Assembly: GCA_965248835.1 (NCBI GenBank)
Contig: CBDFLJ010000001.1
Location: forward strand, 736,001 to 800,000
Direction: 5' to 3'
DNA: 64,000 bases
DNA from: Alphaproteobacteria bacterium
GTDB taxonomy: Bacteria > Pseudomonadota > Alphaproteobacteria > MPNO01
Positions 1 through 10,176 of the stretch are shown here, one piece after another. Within the stretch, counting starts at the first letter, position 1. The number at the start of each line of letters is the position of its first letter. The notes beneath the pieces were generated by a model. That model made no database searches. It was not told where the DNA came from and saw nothing but the letters and a program-made list of their open reading frames with translations. The position numbers were made by a program, and so were the translations under genes.

Positions 1-9
1 TCCCTGATT

Positions 10-165
10 TCAGCCTTTGCTTCGCAACATCCGACGCACAAGGTAGACGCAAAGCCCCGCCAAACCAAGGATCAGCAGCCACTTGAGCGCGGCCAGGAGG
101 CTCCAGAGCTGCCACAAGACGAACGCGGCAAGCACCAGGACGGCAATCAGGACGGTTGCGCTCAT
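10..165 (-). CDS. Small (51 aa) hydrophobic membrane protein, not in ORF track
   Basis: Manual translation MSATVLIAVLVLAAFVLWQLWSLLAALKWLLILGLAGLCVYLVRRMLRSKG; ATG 3 nt after the stop of the upstream beta subunit. Confidence 0.6.
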   Translation of the reverse strand: MSATVLIAVLVLAAFVLWQLWSLLAALKWLLILGLAGLCVYLVRRMLRSKG

Positions 166-168
166 TGC

Positions 169-639
169 TCAGAAGGGCACCGACAGGCCGTCCATGACAC
201 TGTCGCAATTGACCAGATCGACTCGCTTCCAGCCGATCGCGAAGCCGCCGTCGCGCGCAACGAGCCCGTGCCGCAAGGTCCCGCCGAACAACCGCTGCTT
301 GTCGCGGCGGTATTCGATCATCTGGAATTTCGAACGCACCACGATGCCGTCCCCACCCGGCTCCAGGCTCGCGTTGGCGATCATCCGCGAGGTTCGGGAC
401 GGCGGCGCCTGGGCATGCGCGCCCGCACCCATCAGCCGGCGGACCCGGGTCTCCAGCAGCTTGCGGTCGTCGTAGATCAGCGAGACGGTGTCCAACGGGC
501 TGGCCTGTTCCGGCTCGGACGGCACCCAGTACCAGGCGTCCGCGGTGAACAGGTCCAGCCAGTCGGCGTAGCGCGCCTCGTCCAGGAGCCGCGCCTCATG
601 GACCATGAACGCCTCGATCGGGGCCATATCGACGCTCAT
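169..639 (-). CDS. Aromatic ring-hydroxylating dioxygenase beta subunit
   Basis: EARLLDE..WLDLFT.DA.YWVP and KRVDLVN motifs; ATGA overlap with the alpha-subunit stop. Confidence 0.9.
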   Translation of the reverse strand: MSVDMAPIEAFMVHEARLLDEARYADWLDLFTADAWYWVPSEPEQASPLDTVSLIYDDRKLLETRVRRLMGAGAHAQAPPSRTSRMIANASLEPGGDGIVVRSKFQMIEYRRDKQRLFGGTLRHGLVARDGGFAIGWKRVDLVNCDSVMDGLSVPF

Positions 640-1958
640 GGTGCGGTCATCAGGTCGAGCCAAGCCTCGAACATGTTGCGGATGTAAACCTCGCTGGTCG
701 AATTCAGACCGCGCCGCCCGCCGTGCTCGTCGGGCTGATCGGAGGTGTAGCCGCGGCCGATCTCCAGCCATTCGAGGCCTCGGCTGCGCAGCCCGGTGCC
801 GATCCGGCCATAGGTCTCCAGATCATCGGTCAGCACCGGCGAGCCGGTGCCGTTGACGACGTTGGCGAAGCGGATCGTGTCCCGGAACATCGTCTCGGGC
901 GCGCCGGCCATGCGGAAGCAGAACGTGTGGACCTCGGTCCGGTCGACCGCGACGGGATGGACCACGCGGAGCTGGCGGAACTGGCTCATGAACGAGCAGT
1001 TGGGATAGATGTTGGAGTTCCAGCGTCCGACTTCGAGGATCTCCTTGGCGCGCGCGACGCCCTGTTTCCGCTCGAGGAGGGCGACGTATTCCGCGAACGC
1101 GGGGTCGCGCTTGGCCGCGACCAGCCTCTCGTCGTCGTGGTAGTCGCCCAGATAGCTATGGCCGTTGGGGTAGGTCCAGATGCCGACCTCGTTCTCCCAG
1201 AAGGCGTAAGGCGCGCCGTTCTGGCGCATCTGGCGGACCGCGATCTCGCCGGCGCCATCGGTATTGACCGCGTCGTCCTGGGCGCGCGCGGCCTCGATCG
1301 AGGACTGGTGAACGAAGGTCGGGTGCGCGGCATCGCACAGGTTCTCGAGATAGAGCTTCCAGTTGCCGTCATAGGCGTGCTTATGCACCCCGCCGGCGAC
1401 GGTCAGCGCGCCGTCCGGCGCCCGGTCGATCATGTCGTCGAACGAGGTGGCCATATGGCCGAGAAACGCGGTCAGGCTCGGCCCGTCTCGGGCCATGCTG
1501 GCGAAGACGAACCCGCGGTAGCTCTCGACCCGGGCGAGCGCGGCCATGCCGAGCTTGTCGCCGGTCGCCTCGAAATGGTCTGGATAGCCGTGGTTGAGCG
1601 GCACCGACTTGATGCGGCCGTCGGTCTCGTAGGTCCAGCCGTGATAGCAGCAGACGAAAACCTCGGCGTTGCCGCGCTCGAGCCCGACCACCTGGGCGCC
1701 GCGATGGGCGCAGCGGTTGTAGAGGACGTGGACGGTTCCATCCTTGTGGCGCACCATGACCACCGGCTGGCGGCCGATCCGGGTGGTAAGGAAATCGCCC
1801 GGCTCGGGCACTTGGCTGTCGTGGCCGACATAGATCCAGGCCCGCCCGAAGATCCTTTCGAGCTCAAGCTCGAAGATCTCCGGATCGGTGTAGAGCCTGC
1901 GGTGGACCCGGCCGGGACGGACCAGGTCCCTGAACTCGATGTCGTTTGATGCTGCCAT
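636..1958 (-). CDS. Rieske non-heme iron oxygenase alpha subunit (benzoate-dioxygenase-like)
   Basis: Rieske CAHRG...CCYHGW; mononuclear Fe region NWKL..EN..DAAHPTFVH...DDLE. Confidence 0.92.
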   Translation of the reverse strand: MAASNDIEFRDLVRPGRVHRRLYTDPEIFELELERIFGRAWIYVGHDSQVPEPGDFLTTRIGRQPVVMVRHKDGTVHVLYNRCAHRGAQVVGLERGNAEVFVCCYHGWTYETDGRIKSVPLNHGYPDHFEATGDKLGMAALARVESYRGFVFASMARDGPSLTAFLGHMATSFDDMIDRAPDGALTVAGGVHKHAYDGNWKLYLENLCDAAHPTFVHQSSIEAARAQDDAVNTDGAGEIAVRQMRQNGAPYAFWENEVGIWTYPNGHSYLGDYHDDERLVAAKRDPAFAEYVALLERKQGVARAKEILEVGRWNSNIYPNCSFMSQFRQLRVVHPVAVDRTEVHTFCFRMAGAPETMFRDTIRFANVVNGTGSPVLTDDLETYGRIGTGLRSRGLEWLEIGRGYTSDQPDEHGGRRGLNSTSEVYIRNMFEAWLDLMTAP

Positions 1959-2128
1959 CGGCTTGCTTTCCGGCAAAAGTGAACACCTCGCGCACCGGGG
2001 ACAGGTCGCCGAGGGGATCTTTGCACCGCTTGGGATGCTCGGCAAGCCGGTCGGGCTTGTGCGCGACATGCCCGGTCGCGCCGATCAATCGGCAACGACG
2101 CGCCGCAGGCAGATTGCGGTCAGGCGGC

Positions 2129-3481
2129 TCAGCCCAACGCGGACTCGCTCAGCCAGCGGCCCAGGGCGACCAGGCGGTGGTCCTGGCGGTAGAAGCCCAG
2201 GGGCTGGATGCCCAGCGGCATGCCGTCGATCGCGAGCAGCGGCAGGTTGAGCGCGGGCACGCCGAGGACCGATGACGGCTCGCCGTAGACCACGTCGCCG
2301 ACCGGCATGCCGACCGGCGCCGGGTCGACCTGGTTGAGGGTGATGCAGCCATCGAAGCGCTCCGCGAGGCGGGCGTACCGGGCGCGGAAGGCGGCGCACC
2401 ATTCCAGGGCCTCGGCATAGTGCTCCGGTGTGATCGAGGCGAAGTCCGCCGCGCGCCCGTGCACCCGCTCGGACAGGAGCCCGGGGCAGCGCTCGGCGTA
2501 CATCGCAAGCGGGTAGCGCCCCTCATAGGTCAGCAACAGCGCGATCACCGTGCGAAGTTCGACCAGATCCTTCTCCACGGCCTCGATCTCGGGGTCGGTG
2601 CGGCGGTCGGCGATCTCGATCCGCTGATCGGTGAGCGTCGCAAGATAGGTCTCGAAGGCAGTTTTGACCGGCGCCTCGGTCGCGCTCCACCCGGCGGTGT
2701 CCAGGCGGGCCAACCGCTTGGGCTTCTCGGCCGGCGGCAGCCCGCGCGGCCCGGCGAGGCTCGGGTGCCCGGGATCGCCACCCGCGGCATGGGAGACCCA
2801 ATGGGACGTCGTCCAGCTATCGGCGAGCGTGCCGGCGAGGAAGCTAAGGTGGACGAGGCTGGGGGCGGACGGAAAGCCGCCCAGCGTGTTGATCGCCCCA
2901 TAGGAGGCCTTGACGACGAAGGCCCCGCAATAGGCCGCCGGGCGCAGCACCGAGCCGCGCACCTGAGTGCCGGTGGCGACCGGCACCATGCCGGCGCCGA
3001 CCGCGGCCCCGCTGCCGCTCGACGAGCCGCCGGGCGTGCGGGCGGCATCCCACGGGTTGCGCGCCGGTCCCGGCCGGGCAAAGGCGAACTCGGTGGTGAC
3101 GGTCTTGCCGATGATCGCCGCGCCGCCTTTGCGCAGCGCGTGGACCGCCGCCCCGTCCCAGCCGGTCCGGTTGCCGCGCAGCACCGGGCTGCCGGCCTCC
3201 ATCGGCATGTCCTCGGTGTCGTGGACATCCTTGATCGCGATCGGCAGCCCGTCGATGTCGGACGCCGGCCGGCCGGCGCGGTAGCGCTCCGAGGACGCGT
3301 CGGCCGCCTTGCGCGCGCCCTCGAAGTTCAGCGCGACAAACGCCTGAAGCTCCGACTCGCGGGCCTCGATGGCGGCGATGCAACGCTCCAGGAAAGCCCG
3401 CGGGGAATCCGTGCCGTCGACAAAGGCGGGCCGCACGGCCTGGAACGAGACCATCCCGGCGTTCTTCGGATCGTAGCCCAT
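2129..3481 (-). CDS. Amidase signature family protein
   Basis: IKD, GKTVTTEFA, TPGGSSSGS, GTQVRGSVLRPAAYCG. Confidence 0.9.
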   Translation of the reverse strand: MGYDPKNAGMVSFQAVRPAFVDGTDSPRAFLERCIAAIEARESELQAFVALNFEGARKAADASSERYRAGRPASDIDGLPIAIKDVHDTEDMPMEAGSPVLRGNRTGWDGAAVHALRKGGAAIIGKTVTTEFAFARPGPARNPWDAARTPGGSSSGSGAAVGAGMVPVATGTQVRGSVLRPAAYCGAFVVKASYGAINTLGGFPSAPSLVHLSFLAGTLADSWTTSHWVSHAAGGDPGHPSLAGPRGLPPAEKPKRLARLDTAGWSATEAPVKTAFETYLATLTDQRIEIADRRTDPEIEAVEKDLVELRTVIALLLTYEGRYPLAMYAERCPGLLSERVHGRAADFASITPEHYAEALEWCAAFRARYARLAERFDGCITLNQVDPAPVGMPVGDVVYGEPSSVLGVPALNLPLLAIDGMPLGIQPLGFYRQDHRLVALGRWLSESALG

Positions 3482-3619
3482 GTCCCCGCCTTTTGCTGTG
3501 CGGCGGCGAGGCTAGCATATCGGGCGGCGGGACGAGACCGCGCAGAGCGGGCTGGACCGGGCAAGGCCGACGCGATATTGGTCTGGCAACGATCCCGACG
3601 CGCCGCAGCGAGTCCGGCC

Positions 3620-4225
3620 ATGATATCGAGCAATTCGTCGCTCTTCGTTGCTCTTGCGCTCGCGGTCGGTGTCTGCGTGCCGCTCGCACGCGCCCAGACC
3701 GACCGGCCGGAAATTTCCGGCACGCTGACGGGCTTTTCGTGTGCGTCCTTGCCCGCCGCGCCGCGTGTCGCCGTCGAAGCGCAGGAAGACTCCGCGGCGT
3801 TCCGCCGCCTGAAGCAGGTCTTCATTTCCGGCTTGCGGCAGCGCAAGGCGGTCGTCGTCGACGCCGCGCCGCTGCGGGCCAGCCTTTATGTCGATTCCAT
3901 GCGTGAGAACAACGCCCCGTTGACCGGCCGGGTGCCGCACCCGGTGCGCAACCTCAATCCCCCCTCGCGGAGCGCTTTCATCGAGCTTTGGTCCAACAAG
4001 CGCACCAGCGTCTTCGGCGGCCGGCGGTCGCGTTCGCTCTCGGTCGACCAGATCCAGGTGTCGATCCTCATTCACGACAGCGCCAGCGGTCGCTGCGTCT
4101 GGCAGGGCGAGGCCGTCCATGCGATCGGCGACCACGACGAGCTCGACATCGCCGAGCAACTCGTCGCCGCTCTGTCCCGGCAGATCGGCGTCACGGTCAG
4201 GGCGAAACCGGTCAGGCTGCGGTGA
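3620..4225 (+). CDS. Secreted hypothetical protein
   Basis: Signal peptide ending ARA-Q; C-terminal CVWQGEA motif; start chosen inside a longer ORF. Confidence 0.65.
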   Translation: MISSNSSLFVALALAVGVCVPLARAQTDRPEISGTLTGFSCASLPAAPRVAVEAQEDSAAFRRLKQVFISGLRQRKAVVVDAAPLRASLYVDSMRENNAPLTGRVPHPVRNLNPPSRSAFIELWSNKRTSVFGGRRSRSLSVDQIQVSILIHDSASGRCVWQGEAVHAIGDHDELDIAEQLVAALSRQIGVTVRAKPVRLR

Positions 4226-4233
4226 GGAACGCC

Positions 4234-4527
4234 GTGAACACGACGCTCCGCGCGGCCGAGGCGGCAGTGGTCGCGGGTTGCCTTTTGCTCGCGCCGGTCC
4301 CGACCGCCCAGGCCCAGCCGGGTCTGGAAGAGACCGAGCAAGCGATCAAGGAGGGCACCAGGCGGATCTTCCGGGCGCTGGAGGCCCTGATGAGGTCGAT
4401 CCCGCAATACCAGACGCCCGAAATCCTGGATAACGGCGATATCATCATCCGCCGGAAGCGGCCGGACCCGTCGGAGGCCGTGCCCGGCGCGCCCGGCATA
4501 CCTGGCGAGGACGAGACGGCGACCTGA
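4234..4527 (+). CDS. Small secreted hypothetical protein
   Basis: GAGG RBS then GTG; signal peptide AQA-Q; PQY..PEILDNGDIIIRR motif. Confidence 0.7.
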   Translation: MNTTLRAAEAAVVAGCLLLAPVPTAQAQPGLEETEQAIKEGTRRIFRALEALMRSIPQYQTPEILDNGDIIIRRKRPDPSEAVPGAPGIPGEDETAT

Positions 4528-4561
4528 ACCCCGATCCGCGAAAGCGAACATGGAGGCGCCG

Positions 4562-5461
4562 ATGGCGCAGGAGACAATTGCGATCTTGAGCCCCGGCGAC
4601 ATGGGCGGCGGCGTCGGAGCGGCGCTGATCGCGCACGGTCACAGTGTGATCACCTGCGTATCGGGCCGCAGCGCGGCGACCCAGGCGCGCGCCGACCGCC
4701 TCGGGTTCCGGTCGGTGCCCGATATGGACGCGCTGCTTGCCGAGGCCGATCTCGTGCTGTCGATCCTGCCGCCCGAGGCGGCGCCGGACCTCGCGCGCGC
4801 GGTCGCCGCAGCCATGCGGCGGTCGGGCCACGCCCCGCCCTATGCCGATTGCAACGCGGTCGCACCGGAAACCGCGCGCGCGATCGGCGCCCTGTTCGAG
4901 GGCACCGGCGCGCCCTTCATCGACGGCGGGATCATCGGCTGGGCGCCGCGCCCGGGTGACGCACCGACGCGGTTCTATGTCAGCGGCGAGGCGGCGGGGC
5001 TGATGGACGTGCTGGACGGCAAAGGCATCTCGGTGCGCCGCACCGGTCCGGAGATCGGCCGCGCCTCGGCGGTCAAGATGTGCTACGCCTCGATCTCCAA
5101 GGGCACCAATACGCTGCACACCGCGGCGATGACGGTCGCCGATGCGCTCGGCGTCGGAGAGGCCGTGCGCGCCGAGATCGGCGAAAGCGCGCCCGCCGTC
5201 ATGGAACGCATGCGCGCCAGCATCCCGCGCTTGCCGGCCGATGCCGGCCGCTGGATCGGCGAGATGGAAGAGATCGCCAAGACCTTCGATTCGGTCGGCG
5301 TCACGACCGGCTTCCACCAGGGCGCGGCGGAGATGTTCCGACTGCTCGACTCCACGCCTTACGGGCGGGAGACCCGTGAGACCATGGATACCGCGCGCAC
5401 CCTGGAAGAGACCATCGCCGCATGCGTGCGCAACCTTCCGGTGCGCGATGCCGCCGAGTGA
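4562..5461 (+). CDS. NAD(P)-dependent oxidoreductase (6PGD/beta-hydroxyacid dehydrogenase-like, DUF1932 type)
   Basis: SPGDMGGGVG Rossmann motif, DGGIIG, ASAVKMCYA; GGAGG RBS. Confidence 0.85.
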   Translation: MAQETIAILSPGDMGGGVGAALIAHGHSVITCVSGRSAATQARADRLGFRSVPDMDALLAEADLVLSILPPEAAPDLARAVAAAMRRSGHAPPYADCNAVAPETARAIGALFEGTGAPFIDGGIIGWAPRPGDAPTRFYVSGEAAGLMDVLDGKGISVRRTGPEIGRASAVKMCYASISKGTNTLHTAAMTVADALGVGEAVRAEIGESAPAVMERMRASIPRLPADAGRWIGEMEEIAKTFDSVGVTTGFHQGAAEMFRLLDSTPYGRETRETMDTARTLEETIAACVRNLPVRDAAE

Positions 5462-5484
5462 GCGCCCGGAATCGGTCTCCGGGT

Positions 5485-6357
5485 TTACAGCGACATCATC
5501 GCGAGCATCGCCTTGAGGATAGGGCTTTCCGGGTCGTTGAAATGTCTGCGCAACGCGAAATGGTTGACGCCGTGCATCTCGAACGCCTCGACCGGCAGAC
5601 CGCGCGCGCGCCATGCGGCGGCGAAGTCGCGTGACTGGCGGCGGAATTCCTTGTGCTCTGCGCCGCCATAGCCGATGACCAGCGGACAGCCGTCATCGGG
5701 AATTTGCAGGATCGCGCTGTTGCGCCGGGCCGCCGCCTCATCGAGCTTGAGATATTCGTTTCGCGCGCTCAGCCGGACCGGCTCCAAATCGTACATTCCG
5801 CTGCACAGCAGCGCCCCCTTGATCAGGCTGCGCGGCAGACCGTGCAGGGAAGGCCAGTCGGTAACCACCATCATCCCGCCGACATGCCCGCCGGAGGAGT
5901 GGCCGGCGATATAGAGCCTGTCCGGATCGCCGTTGCAGGCGGCGGCGTTGCGGTAGGACCACACGACCGCCTCGCGCGCCTGGCGGATCAGCTCGTCCAG
6001 ACTGACCTTGGGGCAGAGCGAGAAGTTCACCGAAACGAAAGCCGCCCCGGCGGCGACGAAGGACTCGCCCATGAAGCTCTCGATCTCCTTGTCCGAGCGC
6101 GTCCAGGCCCCGCCGTGCATGTAGACCAGGATCGGCGCGCCGGGCGTGGCGGCCGGGAACAGGTCGAGCTTCTGGTCCTCGCCCGGCCCGTAGGCGACGT
6201 CGATCCGACAGTCGAGCGTCTCGCGGACTCGCGTGGACTCCGCCCGATCGGCGGCGATGTAATCCTCCGCATCGGGCACCAGGATGCGCTGGTTGTACTG
6301 GTCGTCGAGCTCTTTCTGGTCGTAGTCGAGATAGATTTTCGGGCCGCCCGCCATCAT
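5485..6357 (-). CDS. Alpha/beta hydrolase, arylformamidase-like
   Basis: HGGAW oxyanion motif, GHSSGG nucleophile, SGMYDL, NHF. Confidence 0.85.
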   Translation of the reverse strand: MMAGGPKIYLDYDQKELDDQYNQRILVPDAEDYIAADRAESTRVRETLDCRIDVAYGPGEDQKLDLFPAATPGAPILVYMHGGAWTRSDKEIESFMGESFVAAGAAFVSVNFSLCPKVSLDELIRQAREAVVWSYRNAAACNGDPDRLYIAGHSSGGHVGGMMVVTDWPSLHGLPRSLIKGALLCSGMYDLEPVRLSARNEYLKLDEAAARRNSAILQIPDDGCPLVIGYGGAEHKEFRRQSRDFAAAWRARGLPVEAFEMHGVNHFALRRHFNDPESPILKAMLAMMSL

Positions 6358-6428
6358 CCCTGCCTTCGCTACCGCATCGTTCGGCCGATTCTACAGCCCG
6401 GGCCCGGCGCGCGCATCCATCAGGCGGC

Positions 6429-7313
6429 CTAACCCGGCCGGTCGCCCCTGACGGCGAGATAGAACACCGCGCTACAGATGATCAGCGCGCCGACCAGCGT
6501 CCAGAGGTCGGGGATTTCCGCGAAGACCAGGAAGCCGGCCAGGCTTGCCCAGACCAGCTTGGTGAAATCGGCCGGCAGGACCACCGTCACATCGGTCTCG
6601 CGGAACGCCTGGGCAAGCGTCAGGTGGGCGACACCGCCCAGCGCGCCGATCCCCGCCATGACGCCAAGCTGGTACGGGCTGGGCCATTGCCAGACGAACA
6701 GCGCGAAGAACGCGCTGAACGGGATCTGCAGGAGTGCGGCATAGACCGCGATCGTCAGACTCGATTCGGTCCGCGCAAGCACCTTGATGACCATCAGCGC
6801 ACACGCCCAGATCGCGCAGGAGGCGAGGATCAGCAACCCGCCCGACCCGACCTCGACGACACCGGGGCGCAGGACCACAAGCGCGCCGGCAAACCCCATC
6901 GCCAAGCCGAGGATGCGCACCCGCGTAACCCGCTCGCGCAGGACCAGGATCGCCAGCGCGCTTGCGAACAAAGGCGAGGTGAAGGCCAGCGCATTGACTT
7001 TGGCCAGCGGAATGGACAGCAGCCCGAAAAAAAAGAGATACATCGCGGTCACGTTCAGGACCGCGCGCACCGCGTGCATCCTCAGCTTCTTGGTATGAAA
7101 GGTCCGAAAGCCCGGGCCGAGGAGCCACGGCACCAGCACCAGGAAGCCGAACACGGTGCGGAAGAAGGCGATCTCCAGGATGTGGACATCATCGGCGATC
7201 AGCCGGATCAACACGTTCATCACGACCACCGAGACCGAGGCGATCAGCATCATCGCCACACCGCGGGCCGGCGGCGGCGCGGCGCGGAAGACGGCCACCG
7301 GTTGAAGGCGCAT
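6429..7313 (-). CDS. DMT/EamA family transporter
   Basis: About 10 hydrophobic segments, FTSPLF..LA..VLRERV. Confidence 0.88.
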   Translation of the reverse strand: MRLQPVAVFRAAPPPARGVAMMLIASVSVVVMNVLIRLIADDVHILEIAFFRTVFGFLVLVPWLLGPGFRTFHTKKLRMHAVRAVLNVTAMYLFFFGLLSIPLAKVNALAFTSPLFASALAILVLRERVTRVRILGLAMGFAGALVVLRPGVVEVGSGGLLILASCAIWACALMVIKVLARTESSLTIAVYAALLQIPFSAFFALFVWQWPSPYQLGVMAGIGALGGVAHLTLAQAFRETDVTVVLPADFTKLVWASLAGFLVFAEIPDLWTLVGALIICSAVFYLAVRGDRPG

Positions 7314-7435
7314 CGAAGATCCCCATCTCATCGGAAGGCCGCTGCATAGCACGGATCGACTAAGCGTGCAGACGGGCTGGCCAAAACCCGCCTCACCTGC
7401 CGATAATGCGCCGCATTTTCCGGGAGGATGGAATC

Positions 7436-7945
7436 TTGGACAGTTTACTGATCGCCTTTGCCATCGGCCTGGTCATATGGCTGATGATGCGCCGCATCGT
7501 CCAGCAGCGGGCGCGCCAGCGTATGGCCGCCCAGCAGGCGAGGGCCGAGGCCCCGGGTGAAGCGGAGGCGGCGCAGCGCAGCATGCCGCGCATCGGCGCG
7601 CCGGGGACCGTGAGCCGCGCCCAGATGGCCGAACTGCGCGGACACCACATCGAGCCGTCGCGGCAATGGAGCCGCGAGGAGGCGCAGCTCATCCTCGATG
7701 CCGTGTCCTATCTGCACGCGGTGATCGAAGACGAGACCGGAGACGCCGACCCGCCGATCGAGATCCAGAGCAAGGTCCTCGCGTTCATCCTGACCGAGGA
7801 GGCGCTGCGGGAGGCGGTCCTGGACTGGAGCCTCAACCGCACGCACGACGACGACGAGACGCCGGGAAGCCTGCCGCGGGACGAAACCTATGCCCGCATC
7901 GCCGAGTTCGTCACCGAATTGTGGGAAGCCGAGGCCGGCGACTAG
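7436..7945 (+). CDS. Hypothetical protein with N-terminal membrane anchor
   Basis: GGGAGG RBS before TTG; hydrophobic N-terminus; ends 11 nt before queA. Confidence 0.65.
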   Translation: MDSLLIAFAIGLVIWLMMRRIVQQRARQRMAAQQARAEAPGEAEAAQRSMPRIGAPGTVSRAQMAELRGHHIEPSRQWSREEAQLILDAVSYLHAVIEDETGDADPPIEIQSKVLAFILTEEALREAVLDWSLNRTHDDDETPGSLPRDETYARIAEFVTELWEAEAGD

Positions 7946-7956
7946 TGATCGGGGCG

Positions 7957-9000
7957 ATGCGGACGGATGCGTTCGACTTCGACCTGCCGGCCGAGCGCAT
8001 CGCCGAGCGGCCGGTGCGCCCGCGCGAGTCCGCCCGCCTGCTCGAGGTCGGCGCATGCCTGCGGGATCTGCGTATCGCCGATCTCCCGGACCTGCTGGCG
8101 CCGAACGATGCGCTGGTGATCAACGACACCAAGGTGATCCCCGCCCGCCTTTCCGGCCGGCGCGGCGCGGCACGGATCGAGACGACTCTGTTGCGGGCGG
8201 TCGGCGAGCCGCCGGAGTGCGAGTGGACCGCGCTCGCCCGCCCGGCGCGGCGGCTGCGGCCGGGCGACCGCATCGACTTCGCCGACGGCTTCTGCGCCGA
8301 GGTGACCGCGCGCGGCGAGGGCGGTGCGCTCAGGCTTCGCTTCCCGGCTGCGCTCGACCTGTTTGCTGCGCTCGAACGCTACGGCCGCGCCCCGCTGCCG
8401 CCCTATATCAAGCGCGCGGACGGACCCGATGCGCGCGATCGGGCCGATTACCAGACCATCTATGCGCGGGCGGCCGGCGCGGTCGCGGCGCCGACCGCCG
8501 GCCTTCACTTGAGCGAGGCGCTGATGGAGCGCATCGCCGCCAAGGGCGCGAAGATCGTCACGGTAACGCTCCACGTCGGCGCCGGCACTTTCCTGCCGGT
8601 CAAGGTGGAGACCGTTTCCGAGCACGTGATGCACGCCGAATGGGGGGCGGTCACCGAAGAGGCCGCCGCCGCGGTGTCCGCCGCGCGGGAAGCGGGCGGA
8701 CGGGTGGTCGCGGTGGGAACGACCTCGCTGAGGCTGCTCGAGTCCGCCGCAAGCGAGAACGGCGCGGTCGCGCCCTTTCGCGGCGACACCAGCCTGTTCA
8801 TCACCCCGGGCTACGGCTTTCGCATCACCGATGCGCTGCTGACCAATTTTCATCTGCCGCGCTCGACGCTGTTCATGCTGGTCGCCGCGTTCAGCGGGCT
8901 GGACCGGATGAAGGCCGCCTACGCGCATGCAAGCGATGCCGGCTACCGGTTCTATTCCTATGGCGATGGCACCTTCCTGCACCGCCTGGACACGGCGTGA
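7957..9000 (+). CDS. queA: S-adenosylmethionine:tRNA ribosyltransferase-isomerase
   Basis: [46 protein letters not shown]. Confidence 0.97.
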   Translation: MRTDAFDFDLPAERIAERPVRPRESARLLEVGACLRDLRIADLPDLLAPNDALVINDTKVIPARLSGRRGAARIETTLLRAVGEPPECEWTALARPARRLRPGDRIDFADGFCAEVTARGEGGALRLRFPAALDLFAALERYGRAPLPPYIKRADGPDARDRADYQTIYARAAGAVAAPTAGLHLSEALMERIAAKGAKIVTVTLHVGAGTFLPVKVETVSEHVMHAEWGAVTEEAAAAVSAAREAGGRVVAVGTTSLRLLESAASENGAVAPFRGDTSLFITPGYGFRITDALLTNFHLPRSTLFMLVAAFSGLDRMKAAYAHASDAGYRFYSYGDGTFLHRLDTA

Positions 9001-10124
9001 CGGCGGATGCGTTCGAGATCCAGGCGCGTGACGGCTCGGCAAGGCTCGGCCGGCTCGCGACGGCCCACGGCACGGTGCGGACACCGGCCTTCATGCCGGT
9101 CGGCACGGCCGCGACCGTAAAGGGCATGCAGCCCGAGGCGGTCGCCGCGGCGGGCGCGGAGATGATCCTGGCGAATACCTATCACCTGATGCTGCGGCCG
9201 GGCGCGCAGATCGTCGCCGCGCTGGGCGGACTGCAGAAGTTCATGAACTGGCCCGGCCCGATCCTGACCGATTCGGGCGGGTTCCAGGTGATGTCGCTTG
9301 CCGCGCGGCGGACCATCGGTGAGGACGGCGTGGTGTTCAGCTCCCATATCGACGGCAGCCGTCACGCGCTGAGCCCGGAGCGCGCGGTCGAAATCCAGCA
9401 TCTGCTGGGCAGCGACGTGGCCATGGTGCTCGACGAATGCACGGCCTTTCCGGCAACCGAGGACGAGGCCGCCGCCTCGATGCGCCGGTCGATGCGCTGG
9501 GCGGCACGGTCCAAGCGGGCCTTCGTGCCGGGTCCCGGCCGCCTGCTGTTCGGGATCGTCCAGGGCGGCGTCCATCGCAAGCTGCGCCGGGAGTGCGCAC
9601 CCGCTTTGATCGAGATCGGCTTCGACGGCTATGCCGTCGGCGGGCTGGCGATCGGCGAGGGGCAGGAGACCACCTTCGCGGTGCTGGATCAGACCGTCCC
9701 AGCGCTGCCCGACGGGGCGCCGCGCTACCTGATGGGGGCGGGCACGCCGTCGGATATCGTCGGGGCGGTCGCCCGCGGCATCGACATGTTCGACTGCGTG
9801 CTGCCAACCCGGTCCGGGCGGACCGGGCGCGGGTTCACCGGGCGTGGCACGATCAATATCCGCAACGCGCGACACGCCGAAGACCCGCGGCCGCTGGACG
9901 CGGACTGCCCGTGCCCGGTTTGCGCGCGCTATTCCAGGGCCTATTTGCACCACCTGTTCCGCGCCCAGGAGATGCTCGGCCCGATCCTGCTTACCACCCA
10001 CAACCTGCACCACTACCAGCAGTTGATGGAGGGCTTGCGGGAAGCGATCCGTGACCGGGTCCTGGCCGGATTTGCCGCCGCCCATGCCGCCCGCGCGGCC
10101 GAAGGCGATATCGCGCCCCTTTAA
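8997..10124 (+). CDS. tgt: tRNA-guanine transglycosylase
   Basis: [38 protein letters not shown] Zn site; GTGA overlap with queA. Confidence 0.97.
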   Translation: MTADAFEIQARDGSARLGRLATAHGTVRTPAFMPVGTAATVKGMQPEAVAAAGAEMILANTYHLMLRPGAQIVAALGGLQKFMNWPGPILTDSGGFQVMSLAARRTIGEDGVVFSSHIDGSRHALSPERAVEIQHLLGSDVAMVLDECTAFPATEDEAAASMRRSMRWAARSKRAFVPGPGRLLFGIVQGGVHRKLRRECAPALIEIGFDGYAVGGLAIGEGQETTFAVLDQTVPALPDGAPRYLMGAGTPSDIVGAVARGIDMFDCVLPTRSGRTGRGFTGRGTINIRNARHAEDPRPLDADCPCPVCARYSRAYLHHLFRAQEMLGPILLTTHNLHHYQQLMEGLREAIRDRVLAGFAAAHAARAAEGDIAPL

Positions 10125-10176
10125 CACGCGCGGTCGGTGCCATACGATGACGCCAAATCGAACGTGAGGATCGTTC

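Noticed and set aside
7027-7034. A8 homopolymer in the DMT transporter as a phase-variation site
   Set aside because: Short, encodes a Phe run in a TM helix, and the frame is intact
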